Source of the DNA: Lewinellaceae bacterium
Lineage (GTDB): Bacteria > Bacteroidota > Bacteroidia > Chitinophagales > Saprospiraceae
NCBI GenBank assembly: GCA_020636405.1
Contig: JACJXW010000009.1
Location: 204,641 to 268,640 of the forward strand
Direction: 5' to 3'
Length of the DNA: 64,000 nt
In this document: positions 1-8,877 of the stretch, in pieces
How positions within the stretch are numbered: the first letter of the stretch is position 1
How the letters are laid out: every line of letters starts with the position of its first letter
Notes under the pieces: model-generated
Seen by the model: the letters and a program-made list of their open reading frames with translations, nothing else
Database searches by the model: none
Told to the model about the DNA's origin: nothing
Position numbers and translations under genes: made by a program

Positions 1-864
1 GTGGCGATGAAGGCCCCTCTTTTTTTATTTGAACTGGGCAGCCTGGCCCTGTTGGTGAAGCTGTTAGGCAAACTGGGGCTTCCGGAAAGGGGCGCCCTGC
101 TTTACGCTCTCAACCCCATGATCCTGGTAGAAGTGATGGGCAACCTCCACTTCGAGGGGGCGATGATCTTTTTTTTACTGCTCAGTTTGTGGTGGCTGGT
201 TGCTGGCAGGCCCGGGCCTTCCGCGCTGGCGATGGCGCTTTCGGTGGCCTCCAAGCTGCTGCCGCTGCTGTTCGGTTTTTTTCTGATCCGGCGCCTGGGG
301 TTGCGGCGTAGTTTCGGGTATTTTGCCCTGATGGGTCTGGCCTTGTTGCTGCTTTTCTCCCCCTTGCTGGGCGGAGCTTTCTTTTCCGGTATGGGGAGCA
401 GCCTTCGTCTGTATTTTCAGCGCTTCGAGTTTAATGGCAGCATCTATTATCTGTTGCGCTGGGTGGGCTATCAGATCTCCGGGTACAATCTCATTAAATA
501 CCTGGGGCCGGCGCTGGCGGCATGTACCTTCCTGGGCATCAGTATAGCGGCCCGCCGCGACCGCCGGCAGGACTGGCGCAGCCTGCCCGGCCTGATGCTG
601 TTCGCCATCTGCCTTTATCTGGCCTTTACCCCTACGGTGCACCCCTGGTACACCAGCCTGCCCCTGGTGCTGGCGCCCTTCACCCGCTTTCGCTTTCCAA
701 TTTTGTGGACAGCCCTGGCCAGCCTGACTTACATCAATTACAGTTATGCGGAGTACCACGAGCAGTTGGCAGTGGTGGCCCTGGAATACCTCATCGTGTA
801 TTCAGTAGCGATATGGGAATGGAGGAGCGGGAATAACTGGATGGTGGAGGTGGGAGTGGAATAG
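1..864 (+). CDS. Polytopic membrane protein, probably a GT-C type glycosyltransferase (DUF2029/PMT_2-like); 5' end cut by the window edge
   Basis: ORF open from base 1. Very hydrophobic multi-TM sequence (LFLFELGSLALLVKLL..., FFLLLSLWWLV..., LLPLLFGFFLI...). No catalytic motif recognised with certainty. Confidence 0.45.
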   Translation: MAMKAPLFLFELGSLALLVKLLGKLGLPERGALLYALNPMILVEVMGNLHFEGAMIFFLLLSLWWLVAGRPGPSALAMALSVASKLLPLLFGFFLIRRLGLRRSFGYFALMGLALLLLFSPLLGGAFFSGMGSSLRLYFQRFEFNGSIYYLLRWVGYQISGYNLIKYLGPALAACTFLGISIAARRDRRQDWRSLPGLMLFAICLYLAFTPTVHPWYTSLPLVLAPFTRFRFPILWTALASLTYINYSYAEYHEQLAVVALEYLIVYSVAIWEWRSGNNWMVEVGVE

Positions 865-1001
865 GGTAGGCGGTAGAAATGTATGGAAATACCGGATTGT
901 TTACGAGGGCCGGTTTTGATCGCTCCTTAAACTAGTCTGTGGGAAGCAACCAAAACCGGCTTTAGGGATAGTTCAAATTTCTGTGTTTTTCAAAATATCC
1001 C

Positions 1002-1046
1002 TTGATTTTCAGGAATTTGCGAGCGGCGAACAGCGGATTTCGAACA
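1002..1046. repeat. REP-like ~45-nt motif (TTGATTTTCAGGAATTTGCGAGCGGCGAACAGCGGATTTCGAACA), family also at 57766-57810 and 34228-34247
   Basis: Near-identical string found by eye at 57766-57810. The core recurs in reverse complement at 34228-34247. Confidence 0.7.
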
Positions 1047-1062
1047 GTCCCCGGCTTTAACC

Positions 1063-1380
1063 TTACTTCAACAACGCATTCACCTGCCCTAAACTACCTG
1101 CATTATACGCTTCAATACCGTTCGCATTGAGGATCTGAGCGGCGATGCCGCTGCGGTTGCCTGAGCGGCAGTAGGCTACGATGGGCGCGTTCCAGCTTTT
1201 CATCTTCGACAACTGGCGCTGCAGGTCCTGCAACGGTATATTAATGGCCCCTTCGGCGTATCCTTCGGCGAATTCCTGAGGCGTTCTCACATCGACCAGC
1301 CTGGCGCCGTTGGCAATCATGGTTTTAATATCTATAGCAGCGCTGCTGCCTCCAAATAACTTCTGCATAATTTTGAGCAT
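1063..1380 (-). CDS. Single-domain rhodanese-like sulfurtransferase
   Basis: 105 aa. RLVDVRTPQEFAEGYAEGAINIP plus active-site loop CRSGNRS, typical of the rhodanese fold. Confidence 0.85.
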   Translation of the reverse strand: MLKIMQKLFGGSSAAIDIKTMIANGARLVDVRTPQEFAEGYAEGAINIPLQDLQRQLSKMKSWNAPIVAYCRSGNRSGIAAQILNANGIEAYNAGSLGQVNALLK

Positions 1381-1574
1381 GTTTTTTTATTAACTGACAA
1401 AGAAACAAACAATCTGAGGCAAAGATACAGGAGGGAGAGGTATGCCGTCAGTGATAAAGGTTACGGTACATTTGTGAACCCCGCCGGGATCTTTACCGTA
1501 TGATACGAAGCAATCATTCTATGTCCGACGGGCAAAACTTTGAATTGCCTGGAAAAAAACAGAAATTTCACAAA

Positions 1575-2786
1575 ATGATCGACGTGAAAAAACAAGTACT
1601 ATCCTTAAAAGGAGTCGTTCAGCACTATGCCTGGGGCGGGTTTGATTATTTGCCCGAACTATTGGGTGTTGAGAACAAGGAACGCCAGCCTTTCGCCGAG
1701 TTATGGATGGGCGATCATCACCGCGGGCCGGCTATGGTCCAGGCGAATGGCCAGGCTCGTCCGTTGGACGAACTGCTGGAAGAACATCCTGCTTGGTTAG
1801 GCGCTGAAGTGAGAAAGGCCTTTGATGGGCGCCTGCCATATCTGTTCAAGGTGTTGGACGTCCGCCAGATGTTGTCTATTCAGTCTCATCCTACAAAAGC
1901 CCAGGCCGAAGCCGGCTTCCGGCGGGAAAACGAGCTGGGTATCCCGCTGGATGCACCGCACCGCAATTTCAAGGACGACAACCACAAGCCGGAGGTTATG
2001 GTGGCTCTGACGGAGTTCTGGCTGCTCCACGGTTTCAAAAATGAGCAGGCTCTGATGCGCTGCCTGCAGGAAGTTCCGGAATTCAGCAGCCTGTTGTCCG
2101 TTTTTGCGGATCGCAGTATTTTCCAGCTGTACAAAGCTGTCATGGAAATGCCGCAACCGGAGGTAGACCGCCTGTTGCAGCCTATGGAGCAACGCCTGCG
2201 CCCCCTGGCCGAAGCGGGAAAGCTCGACAAGTCTCAGCCGGAATACTGGGCCATGCAGGCTTTCGATAACCACATGCTCGACGGCGGGCACTACGACCGG
2301 GGCGTCTTCTCCATCTTTTTCTTCAACCTGGTGAAAGTGAATCCCGGGGAAGGCATCTATCAGGGCGCCGGTATCCCTCATGCTTACCTGGAAGGAGTGA
2401 ATGTGGAACTTATGGCCAACTCGGATAACGTCTTTCGCGGCGGCCTGACCGTAAAGCATGTGGACGTCCCTCAATTGCTGAGCCATTTGGTATTTGACCC
2501 GGTCGACCCCAAGATATTGAAAGGGGAACCCATTTCGGAGGTAGAGTGGGTTTATCCTACTCCTGCGCCTGACTTTCAGCTCAACCGCATCCGGCTCTCT
2601 TCGGGCCAGGTATACCGGCCGGAAGAGAGCCGGGGGGCAGAGATCGTGATCGTAACCCGGGGAAAAGTTACTGCGCCGGACGGAGCCAGCTTTTCCCGGG
2701 GCGAAGCCTTTTTTGTGCCTGCCGGGCAGGCTTATGTTGTGCAAGGCCAGGAACCGAGCGAGTTGTTTAAAGCGCTGGTGCCATAA
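1575..2786 (+). CDS. manA: Mannose-6-phosphate isomerase, class I
   Basis: QHYAWGG, ELWMGDHHRGPA, LPYLFKVLDV..LSIQSHP and DDNHKPEVMVALTEF motifs of type I PMI. The ORF opens at 1500; I prefer the ATG at 1575 (MIDVKKQVLSLKG), so the start is uncertain. Confidence 0.85.
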   Translation: MIDVKKQVLSLKGVVQHYAWGGFDYLPELLGVENKERQPFAELWMGDHHRGPAMVQANGQARPLDELLEEHPAWLGAEVRKAFDGRLPYLFKVLDVRQMLSIQSHPTKAQAEAGFRRENELGIPLDAPHRNFKDDNHKPEVMVALTEFWLLHGFKNEQALMRCLQEVPEFSSLLSVFADRSIFQLYKAVMEMPQPEVDRLLQPMEQRLRPLAEAGKLDKSQPEYWAMQAFDNHMLDGGHYDRGVFSIFFFNLVKVNPGEGIYQGAGIPHAYLEGVNVELMANSDNVFRGGLTVKHVDVPQLLSHLVFDPVDPKILKGEPISEVEWVYPTPAPDFQLNRIRLSSGQVYRPEESRGAEIVIVTRGKVTAPDGASFSRGEAFFVPAGQAYVVQGQEPSELFKALVP

Positions 2787-2860
2787 GGGGCATGCGGGCG
2801 TGATGGGGCTGTTGCCTGCCCAGTTGGCCAATGGAGAGATAATTTTATTGACTGAACAGG

Positions 2861-3973
2861 TTACCTCCTGAGAGACGCCGAATTCTCCAGCCCCTTCAGC
2901 GTGACATTATCTCGCCTAAACTTCTGCCCTTCCCGGTAGAACTCCAGGCTGATGCGGTCGCCAGGGCGGAATAAGGCCACCTGCTCCTGCAATTCGGGCA
3001 CGGAGTTGGTTTTGATGCCGTTGACGCTGATGATCACATCCCCGGAGCGCAGGCCTGCTTCGGCGGCGCTGCTTTCGCGGCTCACATTGGTGATGTATAC
3101 CCCGGCGACCAACGGCAGGGCCAGGTCGGCGGCAACCTCGTCGGTAACTTCCGAAATACCCACTCCGAGGATGGCGCGCTGCACTTCCCCGAACTCGCGA
3201 ATATCACGGATGACCTTGCGGACCAGGTTGGCGGGAATGGCAAAGGAATAGCCTTCATAGCCGCCCGATTCACTGATGATGGCGGTATTGATGCCGATCA
3301 GTTCTCCCTGTTCGTTGACCAGGGCGCCGCCGCTGTTGCCGGGGTTGACCACTGCATCGGTCTGGATGAAGGACTCGATGGCATACGAACCCCTGAGGAT
3401 ATTGATGTTGCGGGCCTTGGCGCTCACAATGCCGGCAGTGACCGTAGACGACAGGTTGAAGGGGTTGCCTACGGCCATGACCCACTGCCCCACTTCCACG
3501 TTGTCCGAATCTCCGTAAGCGACGGGCCGGAGGTTGCGGGCTTCCACCTTGAGCAGGGCCAGGTCGGTGGTCTGGTCGGAACCTATCAGTTTGGCTTCCA
3601 GTTTGCGTTTGTCATAGAGGGTTACCTCAAAGTTGGAGCCATCTTCGACTACGTGATGGTTGGTAATGATGTACCCATCCGAAGAGATGATCACTCCGGA
3701 GCCGGAAGACATCCGGTAACCGCTTGCACTTTGAGTATTGATGTTTACCACTGCCGCCGTTACCAGCTTGGAGGTGGCCACAAAATCGACGGGAGGAAGC
3801 TGTGTCCATTCTCTGGGGTTGGTATTGACGGGCGTTTCTTCATTGCCGACGAGGCGCACCGGCTGGGCGGGCTCGGCCACGGCCACTGCCGGTTGATAGA
3901 ACTGGTGAAAAAGGAAAAAGGAGAAAGAACTGCTAATCAACGCTACAAGGGCATTCACAAAGACATTCCTCAT
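2861..3973 (-). CDS. HtrA/DegP-family periplasmic serine protease with one PDZ domain
   Basis: N-terminal TM/signal. Trypsin-like triad context (GYIITNHHVV, DLALLKV, GNSGGALVN). C-terminal PDZ-like region (GVYITNV...AAEAGLRSGDVIISVNG). Confidence 0.9.
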   Translation of the reverse strand: MRNVFVNALVALISSSFSFFLFHQFYQPAVAVAEPAQPVRLVGNEETPVNTNPREWTQLPPVDFVATSKLVTAAVVNINTQSASGYRMSSGSGVIISSDGYIITNHHVVEDGSNFEVTLYDKRKLEAKLIGSDQTTDLALLKVEARNLRPVAYGDSDNVEVGQWVMAVGNPFNLSSTVTAGIVSAKARNINILRGSYAIESFIQTDAVVNPGNSGGALVNEQGELIGINTAIISESGGYEGYSFAIPANLVRKVIRDIREFGEVQRAILGVGISEVTDEVAADLALPLVAGVYITNVSRESSAAEAGLRSGDVIISVNGIKTNSVPELQEQVALFRPGDRISLEFYREGQKFRRDNVTLKGLENSASLRR

Positions 3974-4214
3974 GATTCTGGTGATTTAAGGTTCTCTTTA
4001 GAGGCCATGCAAAAAAAGATGAACTACAGGTGTAGGATAATTCTTCGCTGCCACCTCATCCAAGATAATATTCTATAACGGCTTTTTGTGGTAATAAATG
4101 ATGGATAAAAATGCAAAATGTTGCTTATATGAACCCAAAAACCTCTGAATTAAAGAATATACAGGCCGGCTTTGGGCTGTAAACGGTATTTTCTCGTCCA
4201 TTTTACGGCTGGGT

Positions 4215-4375
4215 GTAACTATTCAGCTATTCGCCGTTCGCAATTCGCCGTTCGCTAAACTCTGCCTCAAAACCCGGATTTAGAGCAAAGAACTGGTTCC
4301 TTGAGTTTGGATTCCTGCAATAAGGGGCATAGTGCTGCGAATAGCGAACCGCTAAAAGCGAAATGCTGAATAGTT
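4215..4375. mobile_element. MITE-like palindromic element, copy 1 (family with 62251-62470)
   Basis: 13-bp terminal inverted repeats GTAACTATTCAGC / GCTGAATAGTTAC. Two 14-bp [TA]ATTCGCCGTTCGC units. Flanked by direct repeat (TTAC)GGCTGGGT at 4203-4214 and 4372-4383. Confidence 0.75.
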
Positions 4376-6695
4376 ACGGCTGGGTAATGATTTCCGCCCG
4401 CAGGCATTCCTGGGGGATTGAAAATGCCTCCACCAGTGCGCCGGCGTCCTGTCGCACGTTGACACAGCATTCATCTACGAGCCGCCGGATGGCTTTACTT
4501 TTCACGCCCGCCAGGTAATCGTTCTCCAGATACCATCCTTTGTGTTGTTCGATGGTATGCAGGGCGAAGAGCTGGCAAAGGCGCTGCAATGCTTCCCGGG
4601 GGCCTCCTTCCGTTTTTTCAGTGGCTTCGATGAATTGTTCCAGCGTCAGTCGTTCGGCGTAAGCTCCCGCCAGGGCGATCATATGGGTTTGACATTTCAT
4701 GGCTGCATCATAGGCGCTAAGCCCTTCCCGTATCCATCCGCGGATGCGCTGAGACAGCGATTCCAGCAGGCGCCGTTCCCTGAAGCGGAAAGCGTTGAGG
4801 TGAAATTCCTGGCTCAACAGGTGGGCGGGGCTGGTGTTGCGAATGACGACCGGGTTGCGTTCTGACAGGGCGGTAGTTACCCTGCCGGCAACAAAGCGCA
4901 GAACAGCCCGGTTGCCTTCTTCGTGAAATTCTTTGCGGAATTCAGAAAGGATCCCTTTTGCCACCAGTTGCATCAGCACCGTATTGTCGCCTTCGAAGGT
5001 GGTAAAGATATCGGTGTCGGCCTTCAGTTTGTCGAAGCGGTTTTCGGACAGATAACCCTTCCCTCCGCACGCTTCACGGCATTCCTGAAGGCAGGCGGTA
5101 GTGAACCAGGTGCTGTAAGCTTTTAGGGCAGCAGCCATGGCTTCTATTTCCCGGATGTCGTCCGGGGAGTGATTGACGTAGCGTTTGGTGAGGTACCCGA
5201 GGGTGAAGTGCAGGGCATAGGCCTTCGCCAGCAAGGGCATCAGGCGGCGTTGGTGGCTGGGATAGTCGAGCAGCAACACTTCGGGTTCGTGGAAGCTGGG
5301 CGCGAACTGCCGGCGTTTCAGGGCGTATTTCACGGCAATGGTGAGCCCTGTTTTGGCGGCGCTCAGCCCTGCCCGGGGTACGCAAACCCGTCCGCCCACC
5401 AGGGTGCCCAACATGGTGAAAAATCGGCGGGAAGGGTCGTCGATGGGGCTGCTGTAGACGCCTTCCGGGCTCACGTCGCCGAAGCGGTTCAGCAGGTTCT
5501 CGCGGGGTACCCGCACTGCGTCGAACCAGATGCGGCCGTTATCAACGCCGTTGAGCCCCATTTTGTAACCGCAGTCCTCCACCTGTATACCGGGCAGCAA
5601 CCTGCCTTTTTCGTCGCGCAGCGGCACCAGGATGGCGTGTACCCCGTGGTTTTCCCCTTGTACGATCAGTTGAGCAAACACAGTGGCCATGGCCCCGTGC
5701 AGCGCGTTGCCGATGTATTCCTTTCCCGCTTCCCGGGTAGGGGAGTGGATGAGGAACTCCCCGGTTTCGGGCAGATAAACGGCGGTGGTCTCCAGCCCGC
5801 GGACATTGGACCCGTGGCCGGTCTCGGTCATGGCAAAACAGCCGAGCAGTTTGCCTTTGCCGATAGCTTCCAGGTAACGATTGTGGTGCCTTTCGGTACC
5901 CAGCTGATGAATGCTGCCGCCGAACAGGCCGAATTGTACACCAAACTTTATCGTAAGGCTGAGGTCGAAATACCCCAGCATCTCGAAGGCCGTGGCGTAG
6001 GCGCCCATGTCATCCTGGCCGCCATTAGCGGAAGGATAAGCCAGCGCCCCCAGCCCTTGTTCGGCCAGCAGTTCTATCCAATGCAGTACCTGGCGGCGGT
6101 AGCTTTCCTTGTCTTGTGGTTCCGGATGGCGGAAAGCGGCGTCGCTCAGAAGGATGCGCAGGCGGTTTTTGAGCCCGGCCTCATCGGCGTCCAGCAAAGT
6201 GGCCATATCTGCCGGACGGAACCCGGCGCGTTGTTGCTCTGTCTGTTTGGCCTGCTCCCTGGAAGCCTCTGGAAAGAGCCAGCGGAACGTTTCGATGCTG
6301 ATGCTGCTGAGGTTTTCCTCCAGTTCCCTGAGCTGGGCCTCAAATTCGGGGGCCGCCCATTTTTTTCCTTCCGAGCGATTACCCTGTTCGGCCATATTGA
6401 TGCCCAGGGTGGTGAGAGATAGGGGCGTTCCTTCCGGTATCCGGCCCGCCGCTCGCCGAAGTTCTATCTCCCAGTATTTGAACAATTGGGGAGAAGGCGG
6501 GCGCTGGGGGTCTGTCCATTGCAGGAGCACTTTTTTATCCTCTTCGGTAAGGAAGGTAGCCTTCGCCGCCTTTCCTTTAAGGATGCCGATCTCGGTTGGC
6601 GTGAGGACCCGGTCGGCCCAGGCGACGTAGAGCAGAGGGATCAGGCTTTGTACCCCGGGGGAGTAATTGAAGAGAAGGCTCGGTGGCTGGCTCAT
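4374..6695 (-). CDS. Acyl-CoA oxidase/dehydrogenase-family flavoenzyme with an extra N-terminal TerB-like domain
   Basis: 773 aa. The core matches the ACAD/ACOX fold (CFAMTETGHGSNVRGLETTA, EACGGKGYL, TFEGDNTVL). The N-terminal ~100 aa (LLYVAWADRVLTPTEIGIL) is not part of the standard enzyme. Confidence 0.8.
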   Translation of the reverse strand: MSQPPSLLFNYSPGVQSLIPLLYVAWADRVLTPTEIGILKGKAAKATFLTEEDKKVLLQWTDPQRPPSPQLFKYWEIELRRAAGRIPEGTPLSLTTLGINMAEQGNRSEGKKWAAPEFEAQLRELEENLSSISIETFRWLFPEASREQAKQTEQQRAGFRPADMATLLDADEAGLKNRLRILLSDAAFRHPEPQDKESYRRQVLHWIELLAEQGLGALAYPSANGGQDDMGAYATAFEMLGYFDLSLTIKFGVQFGLFGGSIHQLGTERHHNRYLEAIGKGKLLGCFAMTETGHGSNVRGLETTAVYLPETGEFLIHSPTREAGKEYIGNALHGAMATVFAQLIVQGENHGVHAILVPLRDEKGRLLPGIQVEDCGYKMGLNGVDNGRIWFDAVRVPRENLLNRFGDVSPEGVYSSPIDDPSRRFFTMLGTLVGGRVCVPRAGLSAAKTGLTIAVKYALKRRQFAPSFHEPEVLLLDYPSHQRRLMPLLAKAYALHFTLGYLTKRYVNHSPDDIREIEAMAAALKAYSTWFTTACLQECREACGGKGYLSENRFDKLKADTDIFTTFEGDNTVLMQLVAKGILSEFRKEFHEEGNRAVLRFVAGRVTTALSERNPVVIRNTSPAHLLSQEFHLNAFRFRERRLLESLSQRIRGWIREGLSAYDAAMKCQTHMIALAGAYAERLTLEQFIEATEKTEGGPREALQRLCQLFALHTIEQHKGWYLENDYLAGVKSKAIRRLVDECCVNVRQDAGALVEAFSIPQECLRAEIITQP

Positions 6696-6937
6696 GATCA
6701 GGTGTTTTTACAGGAGCAGATATCCTACTTAATATTTTCAACAAGGCGGCCGGTGCATTGTTCTGGCCGGCGGTTCCGCAAGGGGTAATTGCTTTGTTTT
6801 TCCTCTCTGCCGCACAGGCCGGGAAAGTGGTTTTGTGCATTCACCTCTTTTGCCAAGAACAAGGCCGTCCTGCAAGCAACAGGACGGCCCTCGGACAATC
6901 ATGAGAAAACCACTTATAGGAGAGTAAAAAAAGTCGT

Positions 6938-7741
6938 TTAGAACTGGTCCAGGTTATAGAGCTGGAATTTTTCAATGAGCTCGATGAGCTTATCGGCGTA
7001 CCGGCTGTCGTCGGTATAACCTGAACGTTCGAGGGCTTTGGCCCATTTTTTATAGCTGTGGCCGGCATCGGACAGGCCCGGGTATTCATTCTGGAGCAGG
7101 AGGCTGTGGGCGCGCCAGTTTTCCCAGGCGCTATTGTAGTGCTGCCCGGCCAGCGGAGCGCCGAAGTGGTTATTGGCCTGCCGTGCCTGAGGATGGCCGC
7201 CGGCCTGGCTTTCGAGCAGCCCCTGCGCCATCTTTATGCTGGCCGGGATGCCGAACTTTTCCATTTCGGCGGCGGCCACTTTGCTGAATCTCTTGATATA
7301 GGCATGGGCCCGTTGTTCGTCTATCGGGCGGAGTCCGCCTTCGTTGCCCGCCTCCCGCAGGGCAATGGGCTGGGCCAGGGTCATCTGGCTGCTGTTCTCC
7401 GCATCGGAGGAGAAGCCCGACAACGGCGCCTTCATATTAATGGTGAATTGAATGTCCTTCTTGGTGACGATGAGTAACACGATCGCTATGAAGGCAATTT
7501 TGTACCAGGGCAGCCGAATGTCGCTGAAAATGCCGGCAGTCAAGCGGTGAAACTGATATTTGAGGGCGATCAACAATTTGTTGAGCCCCAGCCATAACCG
7601 GTGGAGGATCTCCCCCAGTGTGATGTCTGCCAGGAAACTGTTGTTTCCGCCGCGCCGGATGTGCCGGGCCTGGTGGGAAAGCTGGCCCTTTTGTTTCTTT
7701 CCCTGGCGGATCTGTACATTATCGCGTCGATCGATACTCAT
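6938..7741 (-). CDS. Membrane-anchored glucosaminidase-domain protein (FlgJ/mannosyl-glycoprotein endo-beta-N-acetylglucosaminidase-like)
   Basis: C-terminal FGIPASIKMAQGLLESQAGGHPQARQANNHFG motif plus one TM helix (IAFIAIVLLIV). Start moved to ATG 7741, because the longer ORF (to 8242) runs antisense through the neighbouring gene. Confidence 0.7.
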   Translation of the reverse strand: MSIDRRDNVQIRQGKKQKGQLSHQARHIRRGGNNSFLADITLGEILHRLWLGLNKLLIALKYQFHRLTAGIFSDIRLPWYKIAFIAIVLLIVTKKDIQFTINMKAPLSGFSSDAENSSQMTLAQPIALREAGNEGGLRPIDEQRAHAYIKRFSKVAAAEMEKFGIPASIKMAQGLLESQAGGHPQARQANNHFGAPLAGQHYNSAWENWRAHSLLLQNEYPGLSDAGHSYKKWAKALERSGYTDDSRYADKLIELIEKFQLYNLDQF

Positions 7742-7879
7742 AACTTTCTGTTTTGGGAAACTTTTTGTATCTTGAGCGGTGAAATTACATTTTCTTGTTG
7801 CTAAAAACCATTTTCTGCAACAAATATAAAACAAAAAGTTGTTTAATTTCAACTTTAATAAAACATTTTTATTCAAAAA

Positions 7880-8599
7880 ATGGGAAGTTTTTCGGAAAAT
7901 ATTGTAAATGAGCGCTTTAGGAGAGTCTTCCACGAGCTGGAGAAAAACAATTTCATCAAAGGCAAGTCGGACATCGCCAAAAAGCTGGGCACCTATAACC
8001 ACGTGATCAACAGCATCCTCAAGGGGCAGCGCAATATCACGGTAGATCAGCTTACCAGCTTGTTTGAAACTTATGGTATCAATGCCAATTTCATTTTCGG
8101 CATCGAAGATGAAATGTTCCTGGAAGGTTTTGGCGTAGAGGGGGAGATCCCTGCCCGGCCTATCAGTGAAAAACAGCGCGGAGGGCGGGAGAACATCATG
8201 CTCGTTCCCGAACGGGCGATGGCCGGTTACGCCCTCGAACACCAGGACCGCGAATTCCTGGACAACCTACAGAAGTTCTCCATTCCTGGCCTAGAAGGCA
8301 GGCTGGTCGCCTTCGAGATCAACGGCGATAGTATGCTGCCCACGATCACTAACGGAGACCTGGTGGTGTGCGAACCCATCGAACGCGGCACCCCCCTGAG
8401 AGACAACCACGTCTACGTCATCGTTACAGACGTGGTGGTGGCCAAGCGCATCCAACAGGTCAGAGAGGGCAACGAGGTGGCCCGCCTTCGCCTCATCTCC
8501 GATAATGGGGAAGTCTATAAACCTTACAACGTAGAACTGGACGAGATCCGGCAGATCCTCAAAGTGAAATGCCGCCTGACTTCTCATGCCATCGCCTGA
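7880..8599 (+). CDS. LexA/CI-like repressor: N-terminal HTH plus C-terminal S24 self-cleaving peptidase domain
   Basis: GDSMLPTITNGDLVVCEP (Ser nucleophile context) and VVAKRI (Lys). N-terminal HTH-like KSDIAKKLGTYNHVINSILKG. Confidence 0.75.
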   Translation: MGSFSENIVNERFRRVFHELEKNNFIKGKSDIAKKLGTYNHVINSILKGQRNITVDQLTSLFETYGINANFIFGIEDEMFLEGFGVEGEIPARPISEKQRGGRENIMLVPERAMAGYALEHQDREFLDNLQKFSIPGLEGRLVAFEINGDSMLPTITNGDLVVCEPIERGTPLRDNHVYVIVTDVVVAKRIQQVREGNEVARLRLISDNGEVYKPYNVELDEIRQILKVKCRLTSHAIA

Positions 8600-8606
8600 A
8601 CACGTT

Positions 8607-8775
8607 CTAAGTACACTGTAAATTAAGTTCTTTACTGTTTTGGGATGGGCATTTTGGTGAAAGGCAAGGCGTGAGGAGGGAGGGTAGCCGTAGCTACCTG
8701 ACCGATCGAAGAACGCAGCATTTCGTCAAAAGGCACTGCCAAAACGGAAAGTTACTTAGTTTACAGTGTACTAAG
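8607..8775. repeat. ~170-bp long imperfect hairpin element, arms CTAAGTACACTGTAAATTAAGT / ACTTAGTTTACAGTGTACTAAG (family with 18403-18573)
   Basis: Inverted arms read directly. The second family member has the same length and AGTACWCTGTAAA arms. Confidence 0.7.
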
Positions 8776-8792
8776 TAATGATTAAAAAATTA

Positions 8793-8877
8793 GTTCACTG
8801 TTTGGAGATCTTGAAATGTGGCTCGTCTTCAGCTCTGACGGGCTTCCGGCCTTCACCACATTTCAAGATCAGTGAAC
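8793..8877. repeat. 85-bp inverted-repeat element (GTTCACT..GATCTTGAAATGTGG / CCACATTTCAAGATC AGTGAAC)
   Basis: Perfect 15-bp plus 7-bp complementary arms seen in the sequence. Confidence 0.65.

Noticed and set aside
7742-8242. N-terminal 167-aa extension of the glucosaminidase ORF
   Set aside because: It runs antisense through the well-supported S24 repressor gene and across the AT-rich divergent promoter region. An internal ATG at 7741 gives a sensible protein.
7880-8599. S24 repressor as a marker of a prophage
   Set aside because: No integrase, terminase, capsid or tail-like ORFs lie within 10 kb on either side. The neighbours are housekeeping and envelope genes.
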